A stretch of 64,000 bases of DNA from Cyanophora paradoxa CCMP329 (GCA_004431415.1 QPMI01000017.1:62001-126000); one strand, 5' to 3'; numbered from the stretch's first letter, positions 11,201-22,548 are shown. Numbers and translations are program-made. Notes: generated by a model not told the origin, from the sequence alone.

Positions 11201-14200
11201 CGTGCCGGGGCAGCTTCGCGGGGCCGATGGCGGCGCTGCTCGAGCGCGGCGCCTGCGACGAGCCACTCGCCGTCGAAGACGCGCGCCCCGCCCGCCCGCC
11301 CGCCCCCGGCCCCGCCCCGCCGACGCCGCGCAGGTCGAGCAGCTCGAGGGCGGCGGCGCGCCCTACGCGCAGGCCTGCGTCGAGCACGGCGCCAGGCGCG
11401 CGCCCCCGAGCCCGCCCCGCCCGGCGGCCCTCCGCGAGCGGGGCGCAGGGCGTTCCTCGCGCACACGATCGCGTACGGGGGCGAGGTCATGGGGTGCGCC
11501 CGCCCGGGCGGCGGGGCGCGGCGCGACGGCTCAGCGCGGGCGCAGGACGGTGGAGGTGTTCAGCCGGGAGGGGCGGCGCTGGGGCGGGGCGGAGCGGGAG
11601 CTGCTGCGGGAGGTCGCCCACCAGCTCTCCACCGCCCTCGCCCACGCCCGCGCCTTCCGCCGCGAGCGCGAGCAGCGCCAGCAGGCCCGCCCCGCCCGCC
11701 CCGCCCGGTCCGCGCCGGGCGGGGCCGAGCGGGCGGGCGGGCGCAGCTGGCGCGTCAGAACGCGGAGCTGGTGGAGGCGCGGACGGCGGCGGAGGCGGCG
11801 GCCCGCGCCAAGGCCAACTTCCTCGCCGTCGTCAGTGCGCCGCCCCGCCCCGGCACGGCGCCCGGCCGCGGTGCGACTCCGGCGGCAGCGCACGAGCTGC
11901 GGACGCCGATGCAGTCGGTGCTGGGCCTCGGGCGCCTGCTCCTCGACACGCCCCTCGACGCCACGCAGCGCGTGCGCGCCCCGCCGCTCGCGCCGCGCCG
12001 GGCCGGGCCGGGCGCGAGGCGCGCGCAGGGGTACCTGGAGACGATGCTCGCCTCCGGCGGCGCCCTCGTCGACCTCGTCTCCCAGATCCTCGGCCCGCCC
12101 CGCCCGCCCGCCCGCCCCGCCCCCGCCGCTGACGCGTGCCGCGCCGCGCAGACTGCGGCAAGATCGAGCGGGGCAACCTCGGCGCGCCGCCCGCCCCGCC
12201 CTGGCCCGCGCGGGGGCGCTGAGGGGGCGGGCAGCGGTGGAGGCGGCGCCGTTCGCGCTGCGGGAGCTCGTGGAGGGCGTCACGGACCTCCTCGCCCCCG
12301 CCGCCGCCGTCCGCCCGCCCCGCCCCGCCCGCCCCGCCCTGGGCGACGGGCGGGGCAGGGCAAGGGGCTGGAGCTGGCGCTCTACGTGCCGCCGCGCTGC
12401 CCGCGCCTCCTCTCCGACGCCCGCCGCCTCCGTCAGATCCTCATCAACCTCGTCCGCCCGCCCCGCCCCGCCCGCCCCTCCCCGCCTCGCTTGACGCGCC
12501 CCTCGCAGGTCGGCAGTGCGCCCGCCCCGCGCCGGCCGCGCCGCGCCGCGCCGCGCCGCGCGGGCGACGGGGCGGCAGACGCGATCAAGTTCACGGCGAA
12601 GGGCGGGGTGGCGCTGGTGGCGGAGTGCGGGCCGGCCGGCCCCGACGGGCGCTGGCCCCTCCGCCTCACCGTCGCCGACACCGGCTGCGGCATCCGCCCC
12701 GAGGACCGCGTCCGCCCCGCCCCGCCCCACCGGCGCCGGGCCTGCCGCCGCCGACGCGCGCGCAGGCGAAGCTCTTCGGGTTCTTCTCGCAGCTCGACCA
12801 GACGCGGACGCGGCACTTCGAGGGGACGGGGATCGGCCTCTTCCTCTCGCAGAACCTCGCGCGGCTGCTCGGCGGCGAGCTGAGCGTCGAGAGCGCCGGC
12901 GCCGGCTGCGGCTCCGCCTTCACCGTCGCCCTCTCCCTCCCCGTGCCCGCCCCGCCCCGCCCCGCCGCCCCGCCCGAGCCTTGCCCCCGCAGGCGGCGCC
13001 CGAGCCCGGGGCCGGGCCTGGGCCGGAGGTGCCGGAGGGGCCGGCGGCGGCGCTCGCGGGGCGGCGCTGCATCGTCGCCGTCGCCAACGACACCCGCCGC
13101 CGCTACCTCCGCGACCAGGCGCCCCCGCCCCGCCCGCCCCGCCCCGCCCCGCCCGCCCCGCCCCGCCCCGCCGAGGCCCCGGCCGGCAGCTGGTGGCGTG
13201 GGGCGCGGAGGCGACCGAGGCGCCCACCGACGCGGACGGCCTGCGCGCCGCCGTCGCCGCCGCCGCAGAGTGGCCGGCCGCCGCCCTCCCCGCCGCCCTC
13301 ATCGCCGACGCGCCGGCCCCCGCCGGCCTCGACCTCGCCGCCGCCCCGCACCTCCGCTGCCTCCTCCTCACGCGCCCCGCCGCCCTCCCCGGCCCCGGCG
13401 GACCCGCCGCCCCTGGCCCCGCCCCGGCGGCGCCGACGCCTGCCCCTCGTGCCGCCGGCCCTTCGGCGAGTCTTCGGGAGGCGCGCCCCGGGCCCGGCCC
13501 GCCGGCGGGGCCCGGCGAGCCGGCGCCCCGCGTGGCGACGCTGCAGCTGCCCCTCGCGCAGGCGAAGCGTGCGCCGGCCGCGCCCGCAGCGCCGGCCGCG
13601 CCGCCGCTGAGGCGCCGCAGTGTTCCGCGCCCTCGCCGCCCTCCTCGCCCCAGAGGGAGGGGCCCAGGCGCCCGCCCCGGCCCCCGCCACGCCGCCCGCT
13701 GGCGCCCCGGGGCCCCACGTCGCCAAGCAGTACCCCCTCTCCATCCTCCTCGCCGAAGACCAGGCACGTACCCCCCCTTTCCCCTCCCCTGCCCCCCTAA
13801 CGCGGCGCAGCCGATGAACCGGAAGATCGTTCTCCTCATGCTGAAGAAGCTGTGCGCCGGCCGCCGCGGGCCCCGCGCCGGGGCCGACGCTGCGCAGGGG
13901 GTACGAGGGGGTCGACGCGGTGGAGAACGGGGCGGAGGCCGTCGCCGCCGTGGGCCGCAAGGGGTACGACGTCGTCCTCATGGACTGGATGATGTGCGGC
14001 CCGCCCCGCCCCGCCCCGCCGGGCGCTGCCTGACGGGCGGCAGGCCGGTGATGGACGGGCTGACAGCGGCGCGGAACATCCTCGCGGGGCGCGCCCCCGG
14101 CCCCCGCCCGCCGTCATCGTGCGCCCCGCCGCGGCACACGGGCCGGGGCGGCCCTCACGGGGGCGGCAGATGCTGACGGCGAACGCGGGGCGCGAGGACC

Positions 14201-14389
14201 GCGAGGCGTGCGCCGCCGCCGGCACCGACGGGTCCGCCCTGCCCCGCGCAGCGCGCCGGTGGGGGCGGGGGCTGAGGGGCGGGCAGGTTCCTGGCCAAGC
14301 CCGTGAAGCTCGAGGAGCTCGCCGACGCCCTCGCAAACACGGGCGCCCGCCTCCAGTCCGTCGACGCGCCGCAGGGGCCCGGCTGCTGA
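8256..14389 (+). CDS. Multi-GAF hybrid histidine kinase, right copy (one intact C-terminal REC)
   Basis: Inverted paralogue of the left gene with the same H/N/G1/G2 boxes and REC motifs. Starts MCYGERMRR, ends LQSVDAPQGPGC*. Confidence 0.9.
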
Positions 14390-15296
14390 CGCCCTCCGCC
14401 CGAACCCGACTCGGGCTCTTTCGTTACGTAACGCGACTCCGAGAATACATCAATTGCAAGCTAGCTATAGGTCGGGCGTTAGCGTCGACCCGCGGTAGTC
14501 TAGAAGTTTGACATGTCAAAACCATTGAAATCTGGATTTGAATTTAAAATTTGGAGCGAGGATGTGAAACTCGTGCCCCTCTGCCAGGCTGCAGCACATG
14601 CATATATATGGCCCGTGGCTCGTGCATTGTAGGTCCCGTCTAGATCTGAGTGACAATGATCATGAGTAGACGTCGACCGTCGGACGCTGACTTCGAATTC
14701 CGAGAGCCTCGGAGAAGGACCCATGGCCATGGCAGATCTAGACCAGATCTATAGCTAGGTCGATAGATTCGAGGGCGTGTATATGTCCATGGCCACGGTT
14801 GCGAAAACTTGAAATCCTGTAGATTTTCCAGCTGCGAAAATCCTGTAGAATGCCTATTTCCTACACTCAGTGTGACTCAAGCCCAGATCATCGGATGCAG
14901 ATGCAGAGACGCTAACGAACCGTTGAACTAAGGCTAGAGAGGCTTAAGAGAGAAACTTCAGACTGACTGAACGAGAATTCGAAGTGCTGATGATCGCGGT
15001 ATTCGAAGTCCTGATCGCGAGCTCGAGCACGACATGCCCTCGCTACTTGCTCGCGTGCCGCAGTGCCCCGTAATTATAGTCAAGCCTTGAAGCTGATCAT
15101 CACGAACGTCGATAAATATATTGCATTTAAAGTTAAACGACTGCAGCTGCCTGTACATGTTGCCAACTGCAAGCTTAAGTTGCTGAGCGATCGCGAGAGC
15201 ACCGGAACAAATCGGAACGTTAACGTTAACGTGCGAATTCGAATTCTAGCCAATACATATTCCTACGTGTTCATGATCATGGATTCCTTCGTGGGT

Positions 15297-17233
15297 TCAA
15301 GGGGTCGCCGAGATTTGGATGGACTGGAGGACGGGGTTGCGGCGGCGGGCGTCCTCGGCGGCGACCCGCAGCTGCCGGAGCCTCTCCTCGCGCGAGCCGT
15401 CGTACTCGCTGATGCGCAGCTCGACCTGCACCGCCCGCACCGGCAGCAGGCCGAACGACCGCACCAGAGCGAGCGCCGGCTCCTTTCCCAGCGAAGCGGT
15501 TCGTGATTTCACGATGACCCTGAGCGCGAAATTTAATTTAGCCGCAGCGACGTCGACGACGTCGGCCCAGCAATCGCAATATTATCGCAGAATAAACTGA
15601 CAGGAGGGGATCCCTCATATGCATGTAATTCGAATTCTCCACGAATACTTTTAATTTGTATGCACGTGTAAAGTGCGCAAGCATGAAATCAATTGCAAAT
15701 CAGAATATTCAATGAGACTGAAAAGGAACGCGCGCACTCCTCGAGGGGCCCCGCGGGGCGAAGGCGGACGGACTCGGCGAGGGCGTCGCTGAAGGAGACC
15801 GCGAGGGAGAGGGCGATGCAGTCGTCGAGGTGGTCGCCCGAGACCTCCAGGACCCGCAGCGACGCGCACTGCGGGAGGACGAGGCGCCCCAGGAACGATG
15901 CACCGTAGTCTTCGAGGTAGCACGAGTACACTTGCTCGTTGAGCTGGACCTGGGAACGGAAATATCTACACGTAAGGATTGCAAGCGTTTCCAGAAGGAT
16001 AAATTAAAATCAGATCCGGATCCGCACCAACCGCAACTCTTCCAACTGGCGAAGGGATGCAGGTATGGGTGCCAGCGCGAAGAATATGGGAATCTGCGAT
16101 GCATAGAGCCTCCTGAGCCTTCTTAAAAACCCCGACCACCGTGCACGTGGCACTTCACGAACGATTACTTTTAAGTTACAAGCGAAACAGCGAACCGAGG
16201 GGTACTCCTCTAGTATGTTGTGCTTGAAGCCGTCGATCCACAACGTCGTCGCTTGCAGCCGAGATTTCGCGAACTCTGCCTCGGCTTTTGTGCATGTCCT
16301 CAGCGCGGAATTTGCACCCACCCTCAGGAAATGCTGGAGAGTGAAGCCGCCCACTGTTAACGCCTTCAGCTTGGACGAAGGCTTCTGCTTGATCGCCGAC
16401 GCTGACGTTGCAGTTGGTTCCGGCGCCGGCACCGACGTCGGCTCCGGCGCCGGCGCTGGCTGGCAATTGCTCTTCGAATGCCCCTCATGATCAATCGCTG
16501 CCGCTGTGTTAACGGTGCCATGTACGCCAAATAGCATCTCCTTGACAGCTCCGTAGAGCAACCGCAGCGCTAGCCACACCATGATCACGATGCCCAGACC
16601 ACGTGGATCCGGATCCGGATCCGCAGCATCTGTATCTGCATGCGCATGCGCAGCTGGGGGCCCCGACGGTGGGACATGATCATGATCACGTGCACGATCA
16701 ACCGGCGGTGGGTCGACATGTACAGCAATCGGTGCATCTGGATGCGTAAGGCCGCGACCGTAAGGCTGTCATACATTATATAGATATCGATGCAAAATTA
16801 ATTTTTGCACCTCTGTTGATGACGCTGCAAGACCAAAAATGTATGCAATTTTGTCATGATCAGGCGCGCACGAGAAAGTTAAGCGGAACAGCGCTCGCGG
16901 CAGGAGGACGGCGCACCAGCCGACGAGCTCGATGCGCTCCAAGTTCGGCATTCGCGCGCAGGCGAGTGCCAGAGAAGAATAGGGAATGATGCCGCCCGGT
17001 GCTGCCGCGAGGACTCTACGACGCTCGCCTTGGAGCGCGCGGAACCGCCTGCACACCTGCGCGCGCCACCGGCGCGATGCCGCGTGATGAGAACGGCGTT
17101 ATCAGGCCTCATCGGAGGCTCCGCTTACCCCGGAAATGCGCGTGAATGGCTGGCGATCCGCGTCGAGGACGAGGTCGAATATTCGCAGGAGCAGGTCGTC
17201 AGGGAGCTCGAGAAAGAAGCACGATGAAGCCAT
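15297..17233 (-). pseudogene. F-box protein with LRR-like C-terminal part; possibly disrupted or two fragments
   Basis: MASSCFFLELPDDLLLRIFDLV...FTRISG|VCRRFR (F-box split by a GT-AG intron). Downstream LRR-like stretches MPNLERIEL, LRQLEELRL, LQSLRVDI, CASLRVLEV. The middle (about 16400-16830) could not be spliced cleanly and is full of palindromic insertions. Confidence 0.6.
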
Positions 17234-17911
17234 GAGCTCCGAAGTCCACGCGAGCGATAAAAGAGCGGGTCGGGAGGCCTAGGTCGAGCTCAAGGAATTT
17301 GATCGCGAGCGCGAGATCTAGAAGCTCATGATTATGATCGAGCTCAAGCTTTAATTATAAGTCGAGAAGTTGTAGATCGAGAAGATCTAGATTATATATA
17401 ATTATAGCTAGCGCTAGCTCTAGCTGGCCGGATCTAGATATCTAAAGGAGATCTAGAGGGCTGGAATTAGATAGCTAGAGGAGAGGCCTATATACAGGAG
17501 CTCAGATCATCGGCCATGCGCATGCAGGATCCCCCGTATCATTAGGAGCTCGAGGACGCTAGCTAGCTATAGCTGAACAGATCGTGATTGCCCTACCCAC
17601 ATCGCACGACCAGCGCCGAATTCGCGAATTCGAAGCACCCGCGCAATCGATATCCAGCCCCGCGCGTCTGAAATGGCTGACAAGGACCCGAGTGCGTGCG
17701 CGCGCCGGCGCCCGGCACTAGTACTGGCTCTGTTTAATTTCTGACGTCGACTCTGTTTCGCCCGCACGCCCGTCTTCAACCGCGCAGCTCGCGTTGAGGT
17801 CCGGTTGATTTTCTTTTTGCTTCGTTCACGTAGTGGCGTTTCTGACGCTCAGCGCGCAGGCAGGGAAGAAGGCGAGCCCGCATTTTCATTTTCCGTCACC
17901 GCGCCACGGCC

Positions 17912-18538
17912 ATGCGCTCGGCGGCCTCGCAGAGGCGGCGCGCGGCGCGCGCCTGAGCCGAGCCTCTTTGTTTCATTTTTGTTCCATTTCGGAGCGCTGA
18001 TACGATTTTCGCGCGCGCAGGCGGCGGCCCACCGCGACCACGAGGAGGCGCGCGCTGTTCCCCGAGCCTTCCAATCGTGCACCTGACGCGGTCGCAGCTA
18101 CTCGACACGCTCGACCGCGCGCGCGAGGCTTCGCTCGCTCGCCCGCACGAGGAGAAGGTTCGGAATCCTGCGAAGACAGCTAAATCGCAGCCCCGGGCTG
18201 ATCATGATTTTCGAGCGCAGTCGAAGGCATCGCACATAGCGGCGCTCTCCCGCAAGGGTGTGCCGCACGATCTATTTTCGCAGCGCGCGCGCACGAGATC
18301 GAATTTTCGCCTTTATATGACTTTGAACCTGTAATTTTCGCGCAGAGCATTTCACGCCCGGCAAGCTCTCCGACGAGGAGAAGGAGGGTGCGCGGCAGCG
18401 AAACAGCTCAGCAGTAGGGATCGCCGGCCGGACCGGCCGGCGCTGACTGTCGTGGCAGAGCTGGCGGACTACCGGGCGCAGAAAGAAGAGAAACAGGCAG
18501 AGAAGCACCACCAGTTCCACGAGAAGGAACAGGAGTGA
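17912..18538 (+). CDS. Small charged hypothetical protein (spliced)
   Basis: Exon-like blocks LTRSQLLDTLDRAREASLARPHEEK, SKASHIAALSRK, EHFTPGKLSDEEKEG, ELADYRAQKEEKQAEKHHQFHEKEQE*, separated by GY..AG introns. Start uncertain. Confidence 0.45.
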
Positions 18539-18770
18539 GGGGCGCAATTTTGCAAGGAGCTTGGGTCGGCCCGGCGCGGCCCCCGAGCCCTGGAGCTGGC
18601 TGCGCATGCGCCGCGCGGCTTCCTGTAAATAGTGCCACGCGATGCGCGCTCGCGCCATCGCTTGGCCGCTGTAAATGTGCTTTTCCACCCGCGAAATATC
18701 GAATAAAGTGCTTGAATATTGTGGTACTTTACAGGCGTAGAGGGCAGGCCTAGGGCCTGGGTGGGGGCGG

Positions 18771-21700
18771 CTAGGGGATGTCGACGGCGGGATAGAGGGC
18801 GCCGGAGGCCCCTCTGTGCGCTCCGCTCTCGCACTCGACGCACCTGTGCGCGCGTGCGCGGGGCCGTTCGGCCGGCGCCGCGCAGCGACGGAGAGGGGCC
18901 GGGCGGGCAGGGAGGCAGCGCGGACCAGATGGCTCCGAGGCCCTCCCCGCCCCTGTCCTCGGCAGCGCCGGGGCCGGGGGAGGGCTTGCCCTTGCCCCTC
19001 GGCTGCTCCTCGCAGGCGGCCCGGATGCAGCCCTGGGGAATCGAAAGTCGGGCGAGGGAAAGAGCGCGGGGAAATCTAGAGCCGAAAAGCCGCGGACGTG
19101 GTGGTAGGCGTGGCCGCAGAAGAAGACGGCGAGGGAGGTGCCGCGGGAGGGCCCCGCCGCCGCCCCGCACAGCGCGCACACCGTCGCGTGCGGGCCCTCC
19201 GCCGCCGCGGAGGCCGCCGCGTGGCGCGGGGCGACCCCGACGCGCACGCCCCGCTTCCGCTCCCGCAGCACCCTGCCAGGCCGCGCCGCGCCTCAGCGAG
19301 GCCGGAGGGAGGGAGGCGGCAGGCTAGGGAGCGCGGAGGCGCGCACGAGTGGAAGAGGTTGAGGGTGTCTTGCTTGATGACCGCCGCCGCCCCCTCCTGC
19401 AGCGCCGCCTGCGGGGGAGTGAGCCGGCGAGTCCACCCCGAAGCGCGGGGGCGGGGCGGGGCGGGGCGGGCCTGGGCGGAGTGGTCGGCGAGGATCTTGG
19501 CGAGGCGGAGGTGGAGGCCCGGGAGGGCGAGCCCCGGGGGGATGCGCGCCACAAGCCGGAGCGGGTCCGTGTACGACCCGATCTCATCCAGCAACCGCCC
19601 CACCAGCTCCTCCGGCTCCGGCGCCGCCAGGCACTGCGCCCCGGGGGTCAGCCTCGGCCGAGCCGCGGCCGAGCTCGGGCTCTAAGCAATGAGCAAAGGG
19701 CCGAGAGCTCGGGCTCCAAGGCTCGGGCTGGGCGCGCCTGGGAGACGAGGTCGTCCCAGAGGGGGTCGTCCCCCTGCGCCTCCACGAAGGCGAGCGCCCC
19801 CGGGACGTCCCGCAGGCGCCCCACCAGCAGCCCCAGCGCCGCCCGGCTGTCCCCCATCCGCCCCAGCAGGAACACCTGCGGCCGCAGCAGGCCGCGCCGG
19901 CGGCAGGCCTCGAGGGCCGGCTCGAGGGGGTACAGGGAGGAGGCGCGGAGGAAGCGCTCGAGGGCGGCGGGGTCGTGCTCGGCCAGGAGCTCGACGAGGC
20001 GCCCGTGCAGGGGCGCCGGGAGGGCCCCCGGGTCGGCCTCGAAGAGGGCGGCGAGGTAGGCGTGGAGGGCCGCGGGGCGGGCCGCGAGCTGCTCGGCGGC
20101 CGCCTCGGGCGGGAAGTGGCGCCGGCGCTCCGCGACGAGCATCGCGAGCGCCGCGGCGCCGTCGAAGTCGAAGAGCGCCGCCACCAGCGGCCGCACCGCC
20201 TCGTGCAGCCCGTGCTGCGCGCGGGGTCAGATGCATGTGTGTCAGGTTAGAGGGACGGGAGCAGGGGGGCGCCTTGGCGATGTAGGCAAAGGGGTCCGGG
20301 GCGTCGCGGGGGCGGGCCCCCGGGCGCAGGAGGAGCTCGAGGGCGGTGGCGTGCTCCCCCGCCCGCTCGTGCAGGAGGCACGCCGCCTCCGCCAGCGCCG
20401 CCCCCCCGCCCTCGGGCTCCTCCTTGAGGGCCTCGAGCGCCCTCGGGAGGACCCGCCGCGGGGTCACCCGGTCGGGGGCCCACCGGCGCAGCCAGGCGGC
20501 CATCCGCGCGTGCTCCCCGCTGCGGTCGGAAGCACGCTGAGCGAGGAGCCGAGGCGCGGGGCACCGCGGCGCGCACGCTTCGAGGGCGGCGAGGAGGCAG
20601 TCGTCGTAGACGGCGCGGGGCGGGCTGGCGGGGCCGTCCGCCGGCAGCGCCTCGCCGGCCGCCAGCCCGTGGCCGGCCTCGAGGAGCGCCCGCGCGTGCC
20701 GCTCCCACCGCCCCGCGTCCCCGCCGCAGACGCCCGGCAGCGCCGCCGCCGCCTCCTCGCCGGCCCCGCGCTCCAGCAGGGACGCGATCAGCGCGTCGCC
20801 CACCGCCGCGAACTGCCGCGGGGCGACATCAGATCAGATCGCGGGCCGGGCGGGGCCGGGCGGGGGGCACGCGAAGGCGCGCCTTGTCGTCTGAGAGGGC
20901 GCGGGGGTCGGCCTCGGCGGCGCGGAGGGCCTCCTCGGGGCGGCCGCGGGCGAGGAGCCAGTCGACGCGGTCCGCCGCCCCCGCCGCCCCCGCCAGCAGC
21001 ACCTCCGCCCCGACGCCACGTACGCCCGCGCCTCCCCCGTCGCCGCCCCCGCCAGCCTGCCCCGCCCTCAGCGCTGTCTTCGGGGCGGGGCGGGGCGGGG
21101 TGGGGCGGGGCGGGGCGGGGCGGACCGGCGGGCGGCCGGCTCGCAGGGGCCCGCACCGTCCACCTCCACGCCGTCCTCCCCCGGCGCGGGGCCGCCGGCC
21201 CGGGGCCGCAGCCTCAGCCTCGGCGTCTGCGGCGCGGCCGCCGTCAGAGGCAGGGGAAGCGAGGGGGCGGCGGGGCGGGTGGGGGCGCGCCGGCTCGGCG
21301 GTGAGCGCCGCGACGAGCTCGTCGCCGAAGGGACAGGCGCCCACCAGCGGCGCCCCCGCGTCGAAGCTGCGCCGCCCCTCGGCTGCCCGCGGGGCCGGGC
21401 GGGGAGAAGGGGCCGTGGCGGGGCGGAGCGCACGAGGCGACGACCTCGGGGTACCGCAGCAGCGGGCTCCCCGCCGGCAGCGAGCTCCCCTCCCGGTCCT
21501 GCCGGGCCGCACATTCATGAGCCCGGGCGGGAGCGGGGCGGCGGGGGCGGGCGGGCGGGCGGGGGCGCCTTGATGGCGACGAGGAGGACGCGGGAGCCGG
21601 CGGAGGCGACGAGGTGCGCGCCGCCCGCGTCCCACGCCAGCGCCGCCGCCGCCGCCGCCGGCCCCTCCGGCAGGTCGATCTCCCGAAGGGCGCGTTCCTG

Positions 21701-22548
21701 CGCCCGCCCGCCCCCGCCCGCTCGCTCGCCGCCCCGCGGAACAGGGCGGGTCGGGGGGGCGCGGGGGCGCGGGGCGCGCCTGCGGGTGTCGAGGAAGCGG
21801 AGTGCGGTGCCGGCGGCCCAGGCGAGGACGGTGCCGCGCCAGCGGGCGAGCTGCACGGGCCCGTCGGCCGCCTGCAGCGCCGCGTCCTTCCACCCCAGGA
21901 AGCCCTTCGACGTCACCACCAGCTGCCCCGCCGCGCCCCCGGAGTACACCTGCCGCCCGCCTCAGACGCCGCGGAGAGGCGGGAGGGAGGGGCGTGCGCG
22001 CCTGCGTGGCGGCGCCGACGTTGACGACGGCGGTGCGCTTGCGGGTGTAGTCGGGGTCGAGGGCGACGGTGAGGACCGCCTGCCCGAAGGTGAACTCGTT
22101 CCGCGAGTCCGTGTACAGCCCGTGCACCGCCACCTTGCCTGCAGCGCCGAGCCCTCGGCCCCGCGCCGCGCCCGGCGGCGCGCGGGGCCGGGCGCACCGG
22201 AGTCCGAGCAGGAGGCGATGTGCTCGCCGGCGTCGTCGACGCTGATGTCCCGCACGGGGCCCGTGTGCGCGTTGATGCGCTTGATCTCCAGGCCCTCCTC
22301 CGTGTCCACGACCAGCACGCGGCCCTTCTGCGTGCCGACCGCCTGCTCGCGGCGCGTCAGCGAGGGGACGGCGCAGGAGAGCGCGCGGGGCGGTTGCGGA
22401 CGAGGAACTTCGCGTGCGCGGTGATGCACGTCGCGGCGTCATCCGCAAGGCTGCCGCTCACGCCGAGGCGCTTGAACTTGACTGCGGGCAGGGTCTGCTC
22501 GTCGGCCTCATCGCTGCTGTCGCTGATCGAACTCGAGTCGTCGGACAT
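18771..22548 (-). CDS. VPS41: HOPS complex subunit Vps41 (WD40, clathrin repeat, RING-H2)
   Basis: Acidic N-terminus then KFKRL..DAATCITAHAKFL|AVGTQKG. HTGPVRDISVDDAGEHIASCSDSG, VALDPDY, ADRVDWLL, FLRASSLYPLE, QVFLLGRMG, DDPLWDDLV. C-terminal CALC...VFFCGHAYH...CVEC. Confidence 0.92.

Larger units (their letters stand above)
1027..14525. repeat. Large inverted duplication: arms about 1027-8050 and 8210-14525, spacer about 160-250 bp
   Basis: Reverse-complement identity, e.g. 7740-7797 vs 8483-8540. 3' flanks match: tggttttgacttgtcaaacttcta (1027-1050) vs tagaagtttgacatgtcaaaacca (14501-14524). Confidence 0.95.

Noticed and set aside
8256-11680. Phytochrome or cyanobacteriochrome call for the kinases
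   Set aside because: No PAS-GAF-PHY layout, DIP motif or canonical bilin-binding Cys-His seen.
9157-14286. Introner-type mobile introns
   Set aside because: Introns share composition and short end motifs only. There is no specific repeated sequence family, TIR or TSD beyond the segmental duplicates.
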